A DNA stretch of 64,000 nucleotides from Nemertoderma westbladi. Its lineage: Eukaryota; Animalia; Xenacoelomorpha. Every line of letters begins with the position of its first letter. Within the stretch, counting starts at the first letter, position 1. This document shows, piece by piece, positions 23,601-34,865 of this stretch. A program made the position numbers and the translations under genes. The stretch covers positions 62,001-126,000 of the forward strand of contig JAUCBJ010008354.1 in NCBI GenBank assembly GCA_032718475.1, written 5' to 3'. A model generated the notes under the pieces. It was given only the letters and a program-made list of their open reading frames with translations. It had not been told where the DNA came from and did not search any database.

Positions 23601-23996
23601 ACCCACTACCGGAGTGCCACCAATCAACTGTTCAGGTAACACTAGATCTTTGAACAGTGAGTACAGCTCGGGAGGATCCGTAATACTATTAGGATCGAGA
23701 GTTTGAGGTATCACTTGGGAATGAGGAGGTCTGACCGAGTATTCCGGAACTCTGATCATGGGTTTATTCAATGATCGTTTAAGGCGTGCGACCGTAGGTG
23801 ATACGTCGAAAAGGTTTCTCTCGAAACTCCCATAAGTATATCGCGTAAAACTGTGTTTAGCGCAACGTCTCCGCGGATGTTTATGCCTTTCGATTTGCTG
23901 GTTAGGTCTAGGGCATTCGTCACAGTAATACCAAAGACGCACGTCTTGAAGGGGAAACGCGGGTGATCGCTCTCCAGTTTTACAATATTCCTCCAT
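20661..23996 (-). CDS. A2 accessory ORF-X main part (exonuclease fold plus zinc knuckles), C-terminally frameshifted
   Basis: Near-identical protein to 7616-11275 with many synonymous differences. Confidence 0.85.
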   Translation of the reverse strand: MEEYCKTGERSPAFPLQDVRLWYYCDECPRPNQQIERHKHPRRRCAKHSFTRYTYGSFERNLFDVSPTVARLKRSLNKPMIRVPEYSVRPPHSQVIPQTLDPNSITDPPELYSLFKDLVLPEQLIGGTPVVGSLDIRQLYLAGLGRGHLISPFNPYNRPGLPPIQPVTEVEESVIRNALDAIRQKIGKGTYDCLEKRKLQQQVQAVKELALPQFDREIQNLEEDIERGRTYSLQEFLDERLQQQAEENQLEERNIELTEREEAALAQPETQILVTDLYSKTILHPSMVPHFKDKLFATVQPQPVNTDLRSQELIADAPMIQRPPIAAARVDGVLVEPPDNRADLVRRMVHDVNICARPLPDSFYGIKDHPYYVNLKQYYMVKPEDPTHGLRFLPLINPLDLVELEQLQKHLDQLVKLNSFRKPYNISRIEKEILPPYNLDGFIKTRLVHWNLDVLFEEERIKRYGDVETYTTQCLKYRDLPNASECATLWHPVGMTLENATKEWNETLNVIEMYGVITYDNEGSVPVGELGTTRMIHIRGLAGSTHVFTRACSDVIDYSFETLTETQKKLRHGQFELAQRYVTDTERKPAMGIDGSMLPQPVLEMLFNERILKIGSAVYGDLQNDFRNMENIPYPFVDTQLIAPWAEGRGFFRTMYANTPSDITKVQRTSIGHLAFQEYGWNFKVGNPINYQQVYGDHYSRLYFDGPLTAPGAVYSFMSVPLRPSLAIYTIFENAALAGWLADVCSRTIRAHPLILGTKLAKLDEHNKFIRFECFRRFLTPFRNVDSQFKDRALTKLSLRDSAAEKLSSAGFAVFQDVCIQNLHSSVIQRPRIPTGYSVVEIQTVDPLTETDAPTSSIQLEDEPVCLESEAIQPTASRSSDNDYVIEWYQGPQRLTAYDYRHANYVSRKRCRLCASRDHFTPLDSSVPCSYFLEQPMMEIYCAYCRLNNSHIFAICPQFMTQCHYCQLKGHESYNCPFNRDLESVDEMITLRYIRAWEANADLHCESRHRYYPGRAYEGVYAFHPYLFASIEQKTRVPSYELMKRVGECISTKFVRKYLRNVNPNDITTYHLINFIRQDPEYGDIFVNSHPELQEVSRRPYEYRTRAGENH

Positions 23997-24029
23997 CTGT
24001 TCGAAGCTATCTGGAACGACAGGTAGTGG

Positions 24030-24590
24030 TCAATCGGCGGTAAGATACATCATCGTAAAATAGAGCCGTTTGAGTTCCATCATAGGATCTGGATGTATAC
24101 CTTGAGGATATCGAGTTTCGAGGTTTTGTTGACTAGCAACATTGAGATAGGTCTCTCTTAGGAATTCTAGATATTCGTTGAAGCCGCTACGTTTATCAGG
24201 TTCTTCAACGTCTTCTCTTTCGAGTTTATTTCGAATAGAGTTCTCATGTTCTATTCTCGATTTATCGTTTCGACTCCGCTGGGTATGATATTTAAATAAA
24301 ACCATTTCCCTTTCGGTGTCTACATCGTCGGTGTCGTGTAAATCAATAGGATGACCAGTAGTCAAGAAGTCCATATACGTACCATTACGATGCGTATAGC
24401 GAGCAGTGAATTTTCTATAGTCCAATTCACGCGTAAGTTGCTCCTGGGACATTGGCGGTTCGATATAACGACCATCGTCCTCCGTAGTAGTTGGATCAGC
24501 GTCGCCGCGTATCAAGCTATCGACAAACGCTTGTAAAGGTAGAGTATATCTCTCCCTGATACCAAGATCATCTTCTATTAATTCAGTCAT
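24030..24590 (-). CDS. A2 accessory ORF-X upstream part (186 aa)
   Basis: Same length, same TGA and same 33-nt in-frame spacer as in A1. Confidence 0.85.
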   Translation of the reverse strand: MTELIEDDLGIRERYTLPLQAFVDSLIRGDADPTTTEDDGRYIEPPMSQEQLTRELDYRKFTARYTHRNGTYMDFLTTGHPIDLHDTDDVDTEREMVLFKYHTQRSRNDKSRIEHENSIRNKLEREDVEEPDKRSGFNEYLEFLRETYLNVASQQNLETRYPQGIHPDPMMELKRLYFTMMYLTAD

Positions 24591-26241
24591 ATCTGCTATA
24601 CGAGTTCACCAATATTATAATGAGTTTATATATTTGTTAGGCGAGCGGGCGTCGCTGCCTACTTCTCCCTTGCCCCCGGACAGTGTGAGATTCTCAGCGC
24701 CGATGTACCGCTGTCGCTGTACTTTCGCCAACGACGTAGCCGTACAACGACAACGATAACCGGCACAAGTCACTCCACTGTCCGTCCCAAAGGCTTAGAT
24801 GTACTTCAGGTTTTCCTTGGAGAGTTAGGTTACTTTCACGATTGCGACTAGCTACTGTAAACACACTTTAGCAGTAACATTCACCTATAAACTCACAAAT
24901 ACCACACAACTGGTCACAACTACGCACATTCGGGCCATTTGTCCGTTAGTCAATGCCTTCCAGAATGTCACTGTATTATTATGTATCCTTGGATACTAGC
25001 AGTGCGCTATTTATTCCCTATGCTATTCAATGGGACAAGCTTTCTATTGTTCTTTTAACTCAATTCTAATTCTAGCGTGGTTGTTGCTATGGTGACATTA
25101 TGTAAAGCTAGCGGTAGAGTTAGGGTAATTCCCATGCATACAGATCTGGGATGTTATTTAATAGTAATTCTTTAATAGTCAATGTCCTGTTTGATACATG
25201 ACTTTATGAATTTTATCGGCTATTGACTATGTTTGGGAGACTTTCGCACACTCATACGCATAATAAGATAAATCTCCGCTCCCTTGATCTATTAATTAAT
25301 GGAATTTTGGGAATGTTATAAATTGCGTAAAAATGGCAATTTATTAAATTCATTAAAAGGCATGAATTTAAATTTATTCCCTGAAATTTTATTATTTGAT
25401 AATTAAATGGACATATTTTGATTCTAGAACATGTCTGGGGACACAAGATCCTTAATTCTATGAAAATTGTCCTTTTAAGAATATCGGTAAATGCTACGAT
25501 ATCTTAATTGACTAGAATTGTTGAAGGATCTGAATTTTACAGATTTTGATTTATTGGATTTGCAAATATTAAATAATTAATATTTGAGATGGGCACCGAT
25601 TTATTCCAGAACTTGTCTGGGGACGTTAACCACTGATTCTAGAATTTGTCTTTCAAGTATATCGGTGGGTGCCGCGATATCTTAATCGACTAGAATTACA
25701 GATGGTCAAAGGGTTTAACAGATTTATTTTGCGTTATACGCTACTGTTAAAGGGACATCACGCTACTATATGTATTATTTAATATACGGTATGAGAGCAA
25801 TATCGCACGAAGCAATGTCAGTGTGAAGAGGCAAGTCGTTTCCAAGGTCTACCCAGAGCTTGGTTTAGCCGAGACACGAGGATCTGAACTTTGCATTCCT
25901 AATACTCTGCCTACCAATAATACTTGAATATAGTAGTGGCTTTATTGTACTTTAATAAGTACGGACATTTCATCTTACGGTAGTTACGTATTTATAATAT
26001 AATACGGACAGTAAGGAAAGAGAAAAACACTTGTTTCTCACCGTCACACTAAATATAATATAAGTAATTACGTACGCAATAAACACGAACATATTGCACT
26101 ATTCTACTAAATAATCGCTAAATAATATTCTACTAAATTAAATAAAACGATTATAATAAAATTACATAGTAATACATACATAAATATAAAAATAATAAAA
26201 TAATATAAAATAATAGAGTCACACGCCCACTCCGAACGATA

Positions 26242-29200
26242 TTAAGTTGGGGAGTCCCTAGATGTCGGTTGGATTAGGGAAGTGGTCGTGGGAAGAGTTT
26301 CTTGCCTTCCATAGTTTCCGGAGAGCTCTCTGTCTCTTTCCAGTAAACATAAACGACCCACTGGGCGGTTGAGCTGTTGAGTCTCAAAGACTATCCCTGG
26401 TTTCTTAAAGTTACGCCGCATGACGACGAGCTCTACTGATCGCACCAAACCATCGCTCGAGATATGAGTCTCGATGATACGTCCTGTTTGCCATCGCTTA
26501 CGTGGGAGATCGGGGTCCACAATAAGCACCATGTCTCCAGCGCTGACGTTTTCTTGCTGCGCAAACCACTTAGTTCGAAGTTGTAGAGTGGGCAGGTAAT
26601 GTTTCTCGAAATGGTCAGCGAAACGACGGGATAGCAACTGCATAAGTTGCCAGGTTCGACGGCAGTACTCGTCTCCGTCTGTGATCTCCGATCGTGGGAG
26701 CATGGCTACGGGTTTCTTCAGTAGAAAGTGCGCGGGTGTTAGCGCTTCCAGGGAATCAGGACTTGAAGAGACTGGCATAAGCGGTCTTTCGTTGAGATAG
26801 GCGGCGATTTCCTCCATTAACGTCCGCAATAGTTCGTCGGTGAGATAAGCGCGACAAGGTACAATAAAGTGGAACGCAGTCTTCACGCTCCTAATCAATC
26901 TCTCCCAACTTCCTCCCCACCAAGGGGCGTCGGCGGCATTGAAGGTCCAGCTAGACGCTGTTATCTTTAGCTGATCGTCCACCTGTCTTTTGTTCCAGTC
27001 CTTTACGTAAGCTTGAATTTCGTTGTTGGCGCCAATGAAGTTCGTTCCCTTATCCGATCTCATCGTGTTACTGGTTCCGAAGCGAGCGATCTGTCGTCGT
27101 AAACTCAACACGAAGCTGTTGGTGGATAGATCGTTTACCATATCGAGATGGATAGCTCTACAAGTCATACAAACGAAGATGACACACCATCTCTTGACTA
27201 TAGTCCGGGCACGATATACTTCAATAGGGCCAAATAAATCCACACCGGTATTAGTAAAGGGTGGTTCATAGAAGCTTACTCTTTCCCTAGGTAATTCTGC
27301 CTCTCGCTGTGTCAAAGGCCTACTGAATGCTTTCCTACAGGGTATGCAGTTCCTAAGGACTTGGTTCAGAGCCCTACGGGGTTTATAAAAATAGTAGCGA
27401 GTTCGAATTTCGCTCAGAACTCGTTCTCTTCCAGCATGATACAGTTTGCTATGAACATCTACAATCATCTTGATTTGTATGTCAAGATTTCTAATGAGTA
27501 TGGGAAACTTAGTGTCAAAGGATAATGGGGCGTTGGTAAGCCTGCCTCCAACACGTATTAACCCATCTATCATGGTACTAGAGAAGCGATCCCTTAAGCG
27601 CATCTGCGGATTTCTTAACAACAGGAAATACTTATCGGGATCCTCATAGCATTGTAGGAGTCTCAGCATCTGTTTGTTGGTTTCATCATGCTCCTGGTAA
27701 CTGATCTTCTCCTTTAGAAACCTGTCGGATATCTTGTATTTGGGAAGATCTTTAACAACATGGACTCGTGCAGATGTTGATGGAGCATCATCACTATTGG
27801 TCTTTGTCCCGGAGTAACGATGATGAAAACATCGTTTTAAATAGGTGACGGCTTTACAGAGCCGATTCCAGGAACTGTAATGACGTATCACTCTCTGCAG
27901 GAGAGGTGAGAGTCCTTGCGAAATATCTGGTATTCCAGATTTCCAATCCTTGTCACGGATTTCTAAGACTTCTTTATCCGTGGCGGTGGGTTTCTGATCC
28001 AAAGCATCCTCTCCGGAAGTAAATAATACAGATAGATCAACCGCAGGTTTAAACAACTTCGATTTACTCGCTCGAGTTTTGGGTTTAACTTTCTCCGCTC
28101 CCTTGGCCTGTCTGATCTCTGCTGTTGTGAGATGGGGAGGCCATTCTTCTTCTTCTCTGTAGAGAAAGTCGGGTCCACCTAACCATTCGGGAGTATTTAC
28201 CAATTCCTTTGGAGTCGCTCCTCGGGAAGCGATGTCTGCTGGATTAATCGTTCCGGGGCAATGTCTCCATTGATCCATCGTCGTGCGACTAAGTATGATG
28301 GCTACTCTGTTGGTAACGAAGACGCTGAACTGACAGACTTCATTGGTTATATACTCTAACACGAGTAAAGCGTCGGTCCAATAGACAGTTTTCTCTAATG
28401 GATAGTCAATCTGTTCTGTTACATTCCGGCCGATGGCTGTAGCGTATAGAGCCGCTTTTAACTCCGCTCGAGGAACTTTCAACTTGTTGTTGATTAATGC
28501 CTTAGAAGTAACCAAGGCGACTTTGATTCCATCCGGAGTTTCCACTCTTAGATAGGCTACTATACCTATTCCCATATCGCTGGCGTCTCCAAACACATGG
28601 AGTTGATAGGAATACGTAGGGAGAACATGACCAAAATATGAACGGGAAATTATAAAATCCTCGATAGCCGGCAGAGAATCTTCCCATTTCATCCACTTCT
28701 TTAATAATTCTCCCTTAAGTGGATCGTCCCATGAGTGGTTTTCAAGCCACATTTGTTGTACCAAACTACGAGCAATCAATATAACTGGGCTAATAAATCC
28801 CAATGGATCGAAATAAGTGCTCAGTATACTTAAGCAAATCCGTTTGGTTCGAACTGGATTATCTCGCTGTTTTAGCTGGAAAAACAGGATATCTCGCTCT
28901 GTGTCCCATTTTAAGCCGAGTGTCTTGGTTTCTGGCAGATCATCTTTGATCAAATCTAGATCTTTCGCCCCTCGATCTTCCGCAGGGATCGACTCCAGAA
29001 ACTCACGGGAGTTGCTGGTGAATTTCGTTAATCGAAACCCACCTCTTTTTAAGCACTCTACCGTTCCTTTAGCGACCTCAATGGCTTCCTCAACTGATGG
29101 GAGGGACTTCAGATTATCGTCCATATATATGTCTCGCTTGATGTTGTCGATCACTTCCTTAGAGAATGCCTCTCGGTTGTCCTCTGCAGTGGTACGCACT

Positions 29201-32200
29201 ACCGAACAGGCGTTGGAAGGGCTTGAGATTATCCCAAAGGCCTGGATGGTCATCCAGTACTCCACCGGTTTCTGGTTGAGGTCTCCTTCGGGCCACCACA
29301 GAAATCGTAGACTATCTCGATCCCTATCTAACACCTTGACTTGTAAGAACATGCCTTCTATATCGGAGGCGAAAGCAATCGAATATTGTCTCAATCTTAA
29401 AAGAATTCCCAACAAAGATTGAAGTAAGTTGGGTCCGGGTAACAATTCAGAGTTAAGGGATTGACCCATGTAAAGAGCGGAGCCATCAAACACTACTCTC
29501 ACTTCATGTGGTTTACCGGGTTTAGGAACGTAATGGTGAGTTAAGTAATACGTTCTTTCAGTCACAGGTGTTTCTTCCGGTACTCTCTCCGCGTATCCCT
29601 TACTAATAAATTTCTCCAGCTGTGTTTGATACATTTCTTTAGCTGAAGAATTAGCCGTAAGGCGTCGATGGAGTTGCGCGATTCTTTTTTCCGCCAAGGG
29701 TCTGTTATTGATGAACTTCGGTTCTCTCTTGCGGAAAGGTAGACCGACTTCATACCTACCTTGATCTTTGAGGAAACGCGTAGTTGTTTCTTGGATCTGC
29801 TTGGCCCTTTCCTCTTCCACCGATAAGGCTTTATCGTAGGAATTGGGCTCTACCGCCTCTTGCGTAAAGAATCGTACGGCATGTTCATCTCGAGTCTTGG
29901 CATTACAACGCTCAATGACGTCATTTAACTCGTCGTTATAAGCTTCTCGTTCAGATGGATAAAGAAGTTGACATAAGTTCACTTGGTTTTGCCAAGCCTC
30001 GTTTTCCTTAAGGAGATCGATGGTATTCTCCTCATCAAAAAGCTGGTGAACGTCGTCGTTATCTGAGGAGTATGGAGTTCCCTCAGTTAAATCGTCTCCC
30101 TCACTAGTATCATCTTCCCATTCACTCACCTGGCAGACGCGCTCTTGCGGTAGTCTTTCTCTGAGTGTTCTACGGGAAGGGCCAGTAAAGTACCAACCTA
30201 CTCTAGTTCTTACCGCATAGGTCTGTAGTGGCTGCGGTTGAGCAGGCCGTTTCTCTAATGTCTCCAGCGCCTCATGCGCGTTTTGGCCGATGAGTATTTG
30301 CACTCCAGGATAATCAGTCTGGAATCGAGGTATGTTAAGATGTTGGATGCTCTCATCCTCGTCCCAATTATAAAGGTCTGCTTGAGTAGTAGCGAAGTTC
30401 TTTATAGCCACCATTTTCACTGACCTTATGCTATGTTCTCCTAGTTCGTCCTGGGGGGTGGACAACGCGCCTACATAATAATCCGCTGTTACTGTAGATT
30501 TCCAAACTTGCATAATGCCGGACATGTTTAGCTTAGTTCGGAACTTGGGTTGTCCAGCAAATATGTCTTCGGCTAGCTCTTTGTCGATGAATGTTCCTGT
30601 ACTACCGGAGTCAAGGAGGGCGTTCACTACATAACTCCGTTTAGGTCCGTGAACCCTTACCTGCACCACAGGAAACTCTCGGATCCCTACATTGGAAGAT
30701 GGCTCTTTCCAAGATGGTTGTCGATCAGAAGTAGTTAGAGTGAGGTCGCTGTCTGTATCTTTTTCATATGTGAGTGCTCGATACACTGCGGTATTTATCA
30801 TGTAACAGGATTCGTTTTCGTCGGAGAACTCGTCCGTATAGAATCCTTCCATCTCAGATTGATCAGTGTCGTTCACATCACTGAATTGGACATGTAGTTC
30901 GGAATCACTTACCTGATTCGGACTATTTCGCTCGAATTCAGCGTGCAACAAGATATGATGTTTCGCACCACACTTTGCACACCTTATGTCAGAGTAACAG
31001 GTTCGCCGTTGGTGTCCTTGTCTGAGGCAATTATAACATAACCGCTTATCCCACATGACTTCTCGTCTCTCCGTTAATGATTTCTTCAGGAATTCATCAC
31101 ACATATTCAAACGGTGGGTCCCGTCACATAGCGCACATTTCGGTTTGATGTTACTTACCTTATTTTGGGTAACATTGTGCACTCTCGTTCTTTCTTCGGG
31201 CTTTCTCACCTGAATTCTCTTGGGAGACGTAGGAGGAGTTTTTCTTACCTGTCCTCTCTTGTCATTGGATCGAGACTTAAATTTACTTCCCTGTTCGTTA
31301 GGTGTTTTATTGACATAATAAGATCTTTCAGTGTCTTTCCCGCTATCCTCCCCTTGGGAAGCTTGGCTTTCGCCGTCGTCGGTATAACACACTGGTGTTA
31401 CCTTTCTTCTGGAGACGGGTTTCTCACTTACCTTGTTTTCCGATGTCTTCTCTCTGGACTGCTTTATGAGCTGTAATTTCACTTCGCCATCCAAGAATGT
31501 CATGAGATCAGTCATGGTAGGGTCTCGTTGCTGTTGTTCCATCATGTATAACACTTTCTTGTCCCAGCGTGTACCTACTCCACCCTTCGGTAAAGTAGAA
31601 GCCACTGCTCTAATAACCATATCACTCTGATACTCATGAGACTTACCTAGCCAATCTAATTGTCTGCAGATCTCCTGAATTTCATCGGAAAACTCTATAA
31701 TCCCGTTGCTAATAAACTTTCGGGGCGCTACCAACTTTGCATACAAATACCCAGCTATGTTATTCCTATTACCATACCTGATGTTTAGTGTATCCCAAAC
31801 TTGTCTTAATCCGTCTGGATGTCCAATAAACTTTAACGCCATTAACTTGGGAGATCCTTCCAAGCACTCTATGAGGAATCTAAGTTTCTCTCCATTAGAT
31901 AGTACAGAGTTCTGTATGTTATCTTTGTAATATTCATTAAAAGGTAACCATTTCATCTCATCTCCATTGAACTTGACGATCTCTCCCACCTTTACCGCTT
32001 GCCGGGCTTCGGTTCTAGCCATTTGACACGTAAAACTTTCTTGGGCCATCGTGTTATTTAATATCGAATTATCGGTATATAAATTTCTCGGATTATGATC
32101 AGGTCTATAGGGAATGTCATTATCAACAGGTCTATAATTACCCTTAATAGGGTTCACTATAGGAGTTTCTACTTCGCTAGCAGTGTATATGCGTGTAGGC

Positions 32201-32622
32201 TCCACACCTTGCGCACGAGATACTTCAGGCCTAACAGGTTGACACATTGTTACCGAGGGTGGTGGTATACCCTTTTGTGTATTTACTAATTTATCGCGTT
32301 CGAGCGCGATACTTTGCTGCACTTCTTGCAACTCTAGTCTACTTTCCCTTACTGTGCCCTTGAATTGCTGAACAGTCTCCTGCATCTGCCCGAGCAGGAG
32401 ATCCATCCCCCGCTGTCTCTCGTCCACCCATTCGACCGCAGAAGCGGGAGTCGCCAACGTTGTAGCGGGCGGACGAGGGACAACGGGCGACAAATCATGA
32501 ATATTTCGCTCGGGGTCCAGGACCTGAACTGTCTCCTGGGCAGTTCTACTGGGCACAGGTAGCTTAGTGCTGTGCAGAGGGAATTTAGAGGTAGCTTCAG
32601 GGAGCACAGGTGTGTCTATCAC
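26242..32622 (-). CDS. gag-pol: A2 gag-pol polyprotein (gag core, protease, RT, RNase H, integrase); original start lies upstream of the LINE insertion
   Basis: Uninterrupted 2126 aa: KFNGDEMKWLPF gag core, 3 CCHC, LDSGS, YMDD, FGDAS, DDE integrase. Confidence 0.96.
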   Translation of the reverse strand: MIDTPVLPEATSKFPLHSTKLPVPSRTAQETVQVLDPERNIHDLSPVVPRPPATTLATPASAVEWVDERQRGMDLLLGQMQETVQQFKGTVRESRLELQEVQQSIALERDKLVNTQKGIPPPSVTMCQPVRPEVSRAQGVEPTRIYTASEVETPIVNPIKGNYRPVDNDIPYRPDHNPRNLYTDNSILNNTMAQESFTCQMARTEARQAVKVGEIVKFNGDEMKWLPFNEYYKDNIQNSVLSNGEKLRFLIECLEGSPKLMALKFIGHPDGLRQVWDTLNIRYGNRNNIAGYLYAKLVAPRKFISNGIIEFSDEIQEICRQLDWLGKSHEYQSDMVIRAVASTLPKGGVGTRWDKKVLYMMEQQQRDPTMTDLMTFLDGEVKLQLIKQSREKTSENKVSEKPVSRRKVTPVCYTDDGESQASQGEDSGKDTERSYYVNKTPNEQGSKFKSRSNDKRGQVRKTPPTSPKRIQVRKPEERTRVHNVTQNKVSNIKPKCALCDGTHRLNMCDEFLKKSLTERREVMWDKRLCYNCLRQGHQRRTCYSDIRCAKCGAKHHILLHAEFERNSPNQVSDSELHVQFSDVNDTDQSEMEGFYTDEFSDENESCYMINTAVYRALTYEKDTDSDLTLTTSDRQPSWKEPSSNVGIREFPVVQVRVHGPKRSYVVNALLDSGSTGTFIDKELAEDIFAGQPKFRTKLNMSGIMQVWKSTVTADYYVGALSTPQDELGEHSIRSVKMVAIKNFATTQADLYNWDEDESIQHLNIPRFQTDYPGVQILIGQNAHEALETLEKRPAQPQPLQTYAVRTRVGWYFTGPSRRTLRERLPQERVCQVSEWEDDTSEGDDLTEGTPYSSDNDDVHQLFDEENTIDLLKENEAWQNQVNLCQLLYPSEREAYNDELNDVIERCNAKTRDEHAVRFFTQEAVEPNSYDKALSVEEERAKQIQETTTRFLKDQGRYEVGLPFRKREPKFINNRPLAEKRIAQLHRRLTANSSAKEMYQTQLEKFISKGYAERVPEETPVTERTYYLTHHYVPKPGKPHEVRVVFDGSALYMGQSLNSELLPGPNLLQSLLGILLRLRQYSIAFASDIEGMFLQVKVLDRDRDSLRFLWWPEGDLNQKPVEYWMTIQAFGIISSPSNACSVVRTTAEDNREAFSKEVIDNIKRDIYMDDNLKSLPSVEEAIEVAKGTVECLKRGGFRLTKFTSNSREFLESIPAEDRGAKDLDLIKDDLPETKTLGLKWDTERDILFFQLKQRDNPVRTKRICLSILSTYFDPLGFISPVILIARSLVQQMWLENHSWDDPLKGELLKKWMKWEDSLPAIEDFIISRSYFGHVLPTYSYQLHVFGDASDMGIGIVAYLRVETPDGIKVALVTSKALINNKLKVPRAELKAALYATAIGRNVTEQIDYPLEKTVYWTDALLVLEYITNEVCQFSVFVTNRVAIILSRTTMDQWRHCPGTINPADIASRGATPKELVNTPEWLGGPDFLYREEEEWPPHLTTAEIRQAKGAEKVKPKTRASKSKLFKPAVDLSVLFTSGEDALDQKPTATDKEVLEIRDKDWKSGIPDISQGLSPLLQRVIRHYSSWNRLCKAVTYLKRCFHHRYSGTKTNSDDAPSTSARVHVVKDLPKYKISDRFLKEKISYQEHDETNKQMLRLLQCYEDPDKYFLLLRNPQMRLRDRFSSTMIDGLIRVGGRLTNAPLSFDTKFPILIRNLDIQIKMIVDVHSKLYHAGRERVLSEIRTRYYFYKPRRALNQVLRNCIPCRKAFSRPLTQREAELPRERVSFYEPPFTNTGVDLFGPIEVYRARTIVKRWCVIFVCMTCRAIHLDMVNDLSTNSFVLSLRRQIARFGTSNTMRSDKGTNFIGANNEIQAYVKDWNKRQVDDQLKITASSWTFNAADAPWWGGSWERLIRSVKTAFHFIVPCRAYLTDELLRTLMEEIAAYLNERPLMPVSSSPDSLEALTPAHFLLKKPVAMLPRSEITDGDEYCRRTWQLMQLLSRRFADHFEKHYLPTLQLRTKWFAQQENVSAGDMVLIVDPDLPRKRWQTGRIIETHISSDGLVRSVELVVMRRNFKKPGIVFETQQLNRPVGRLCLLERDRELSGNYGRQETLPTTTSLIQPTSRDSPT

Positions 32623-32631
32623 CGAAGGGGT

Positions 32632-33119
32632 TATAGATAGATAGATTTATTTATATATTATGCAAACAATAGAAACCAATACATTAACTCAGTAAAATTA
32701 TTAATGTATAGTAAGTATTGTCCAACATAACATAAAGGATAACCCCTAAAGCTTTGCAGCTTATTTCCAAGGGGGTCCTTCAAGTTACTTGGTTACCAAT
32801 ACAAACTAAACTAACTACTGTATATAGAATAATTATATAATTTAAACTAAATAAGATACAAGAAATACAAAATTGAACATTATTACTAATTATTGCACAT
32901 GCACCTATTTAATATTGAACTAAACTAAATACTGCTATATAAGAATTTGCACTGGTCTTGGAGATGGGATTTTACTGCAGACTTAAAGGCATGTTCATTT
33001 TTAATATTTTTAATGTTATTCGGTAAGGAATTCCAATTCTTTATTCCATTAAAGAAAAACGTTTCGCTTTCAAAGGATATACAATTGGGAACATAAAAAT
33101 TTGATGTGCTGGCTCTGGT
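32632..33119 (-). mobile_element. 5'-truncated non-LTR retrotransposon (CR1/L2-like 3' end) inserted in A2 gag
   Basis: 15-bp TSD TATCACCGAAGGGGT (32617-32631 and 33120-33134); encodes ...WNSLPNNIKNIKNEHAFKSAVKSHL; short (ATCT)n tail. Confidence 0.88.
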
Positions 33120-34865
33120 TATCACCGAAGGGGTGATTTCAAGAACAGGCCTAATTATTTCAGGCTCATCTACTATAGTAGGGAGTCTTTCTATTTTAAT
33201 TATTTGGTCTGTGGGTTCTGTACTACCTAAGTTGGTGCTATTTAGTTGCCTTCTAACAGCTGGAGGCAAATCAGGCAATTTCTGACGGTAGAATGTTCTT
33301 TTACGTCTGCTTAGACGAGATCTATTTCCTTTGCCTTCAGTATCGGTGGTATCGCCTTCCTCAGATGATGTATATCCCTGTCTTTTGGGAGTAGATCGAT
33401 TCATCATCTGCATATTACTAGCTGTTAACTGTTTATTTATGCAGTCTTGATTCTCCTGAATGTTTTCCAATTCTAATTGGGTGATTTCTTCCGCCGCTCT
33501 ACGTTCTGCTTCTGCCACTGCCATTTCCGCTTTTCTTTTCATTTCGGCTGCTTTTCTTTTCGCTTCTGCCTCTGCCGCTGTCGCTGCCGCTTTTCTTTCC
33601 ATTTCGGCTGCTTTTCTTTCCATTTCGGCTGCTTTACTTTCCTCTTCGGCTGCTTTCCTTTCCGCTTCGGCAGCTGCTACTGCTGCTTTCTTTCTGTCTT
33701 CTATACGTTTTTTCTTTACTTGCTCTTCTTGGACTCGTGTGATGCGGAGTTGTTCATCAAATTTAGCCTGGTTCGCAGCCCTCATTTCCACATCGATGGC
33801 ATCCAACACACGCTGAGTTCCTTCACTATTAGGGCTAAGTCCATCTAACCTTCTCCTCAACTCGTCATCACCTAAAAAACGTTGATAGTCTGACAGATAG
33901 ATGTCAATGGCATCCCTCTTATGCGGCTTCTCTGCCGTCGCTTCACTTTCCACTTGGGAAAAAGTAGCGTCTGTTGATTCTCCATGGGTTGAGCGCTCCT
34001 CCAGCTGAGCTTTCCACTGAGCTGTTCCTTGAACCTGGAGACTCACCCGTTGAAACCAAGTCTTTACGGCAACTTGCAACGACGTGTCTTGTCTTCGTTT
34101 AGAAGCCTCCTCAAAGGCCGATAATATTAGCCTGATTCGTAGAATTCTTTCTCTAACTTGATAAAGCAGTTGTCCCTGCTCTTGAGGTCCTTGTGGTTGT
34201 TGAAACAGTTGTCCTTTTACTCGCTCCATAGAGCTGAAGAATCCCTGTGCGTATCCGGCTGCGGACCTCTTCCACACAGCTGGATCTATGGTTTCCTTGG
34301 CTACTCCCATCCGGTGTATGTCTTCCCAGGCAGCTTCTGATAAATCAAACGGGAGTCCGGGTCCGGGGAAGTTCCATTGCGACTCGACAATAGACTTCAG
34401 TTCTTCCCTCGTGTATCCCGCATAACTATCTTTAGTTGATCGCTGACTTCTCGCCCAATCGATCTGGTGTTCTTCCACCGCAATCAATAACCTAGTGAGT
34501 ACGGCTGCAGGAAGGATGAGAAGGGGATCCGAATAAACCGCATCCATCATCTTTGCTCCGCGTTCGGGTGTCAGCTCTACAGTATCCTCACTACTGGAGC
34601 TGTTGGGCCGTTGAGAAATAAGTTCTTGGCTCGCGGGTTGTTGCTGTTCTGCTGCTTCTTGGTCCCGCTTGACCTGAGCTCGAGTGCCTATGATAGACCT
34701 ACGATGTTGGACCAGCCTAGGGTCTGATATTACTACAGGAGGGATGACCTTCCTCACAGTAGGAGGTGAACTGAACTTAGGTCTAGACGGTTCTACACCT
34801 CTATCTGAGTCACAGATAGTTACATCTAATAAACTGTCTGACAGGTTCTGCTTAGTATCAGACAT
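33120..34865 (-). CDS. gag: A2 gag N-terminal extension (coiled coil, AAEMERK repeats); ORF track 32925-34865 runs on into the LINE
   Basis: Removing the insert and one TSD restores ...EITPSVIDTPVLP... in frame, giving a polyprotein of about 2700 aa. Confidence 0.85.
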
